Source of the DNA: Lytechinus pictus
Taxonomy: Eukaryota
Length of the DNA: 64,000 bases
Assembly (NCBI RefSeq): GCF_037042905.1
Contig: NC_087251.1
Location: forward strand, 33,048,001-33,112,000
Direction: 5' to 3'
A program made the translations under genes and the position numbers. Of the stretch, positions 63,074-64,000 are shown piece by piece. Below the pieces are notes generated by a model that ran no database searches, was not told the origin of the DNA, and saw only the letters and a list, made by a program, of their open reading frames with translations. The number at the start of each line of letters is the position of its first letter. The stretch's first letter is position 1.

Positions 63074-63223
63074 ATCAGGTGTATGGTAACTAAGTAACAG
63101 GGCTCAGCAAAACAAGGCTTCCATCATGTTCATGGTTCAAAGTTGCTAAATTGTAAGTCTTTACGAAACGGACAACTGGAAACTTTTGAAATTTAATATT
63201 GAATTCTTGATTGATTTGTGCAG

Positions 63224-63354
63224 GATATGTCGCAGATGTGACGGGCTCTTTCAACGCTTCATATATGTTCATCGCAGGGGTAGAAATCCTTGTATCCTGT
63301 CTCATGATTCCATCAATAATTGCCGAGAAGTTGAAGGAACGCACGGCGGACTAA
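63224..63354 (+). CDS. SLC16/MCT-like protein, final coding exon 4
   Basis: Acceptor TTTGTGCAG|, then (G)YVADVTGSFNASYMFIAG...ERTAD-stop (TAA 63352-63354). G..D.TGS is typical of the MCT TM11-12 loop. The four exons total 1533 nt (510 aa plus stop). Confidence 0.88.
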
Positions 63355-63509
63355 ACGAGAACCTCACAGATACTTCACAAATGTGTATACTGGGATATAC
63401 ATTTCAGGGTCATTAAAAAAAAGAAGAGGAAAGCCGGCTGGAAATTTCACCTGCATAAAACAATTGTGCATTTGTGCTGATGATGTGACATTGAAATAAC
63501 ATATGAGGA

Positions 63510-64000
63510 CAGAGGCGTCGATCATGGGGGGCAGGCAACCGCCCCACCAATGAAAATATTGGGGGGGGGGGGGCAAACATATCGTTTTGCCCCCCCCAAT
63601 AATTCCGCATGTGAAAAAAAATAAAATAAGATTGTAATGTTACACAGAAATCAGCAAGCGAGATCGAGATACACAACTCGTTCTTCATCTACAATCGTGC
63701 TCAAAATGTCCGGTTTTTAGATTAGAATATAAAAAAATTTCAGCTCGCGCTTCGCGCTCGCATCATTTCTGTAGCAAAAACCCATACTTTTCATGATTTA
63801 ATAGGTGAATAGAATGTCCCGTTTTCAGTTCTATACCTCAAAAGAACTCCCACTTCGATTTGCAATAATCTTTTGTTGGATATATTTCTTGTTCTTTATT
63901 AAAAACGTCAAAAACTTTTTTTTTTTAAGATCAAAATATCAAAATTTTCAGCTCGCGCTTCGCGCTCGCATCTATTATTTTTAATTTTTTTTAAAATTTA
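63510..64000. mobile_element. Repeat related to 53054-55005 in the opposite orientation, running off the window
   Basis: CAGAGGCGTCGATC start, G/C runs, and GCTCGCGCTTCGCGCTCGC at ~63743 and ~63951. Confidence 0.55.

Overview
AT-rich, intron-containing animal genomic DNA. The repeat complement (tRNA-derived SINEs, Tsp/DINE-1-like elements, RTE, L2/CR1 and Tx1 LINE remnants, many MITEs) suggests an echinoderm, probably a sea urchin; this is inference only. One complete protein-coding gene can be assembled by hand: a 4-exon SLC16/monocarboxylate-transporter-like MFS gene on + (55584-55779, 59664-59813, 60479-61534, 63224-63354; 510 aa). Its upstream region and first coding exon are duplicated 19.4 kb upstream (36225-36420, intact frame and donor, no downstream exons of its own). 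A probable first coding exon of an unidentified minus-strand gene lies at 4615-4754. The most structured region is 15440-28394, a nested stack of non-autonomous DNA transposons whose target-site duplications can be read directly. The outer TA-ended foldback element contains a second copy of itself, a 6-bp-TSD hAT-like MITE, a 9-bp-TSD palindromic element, and two nested GG-ended 8-bp-TSD (Merlin-like) elements. The inner one carries about 5.6 kb of hierarchical tandem repeats. No CRISPR array, rRNA or clearly functional tRNA gene was found. All alignments and counts were done by eye; boundaries without a stated TSD are approximate.
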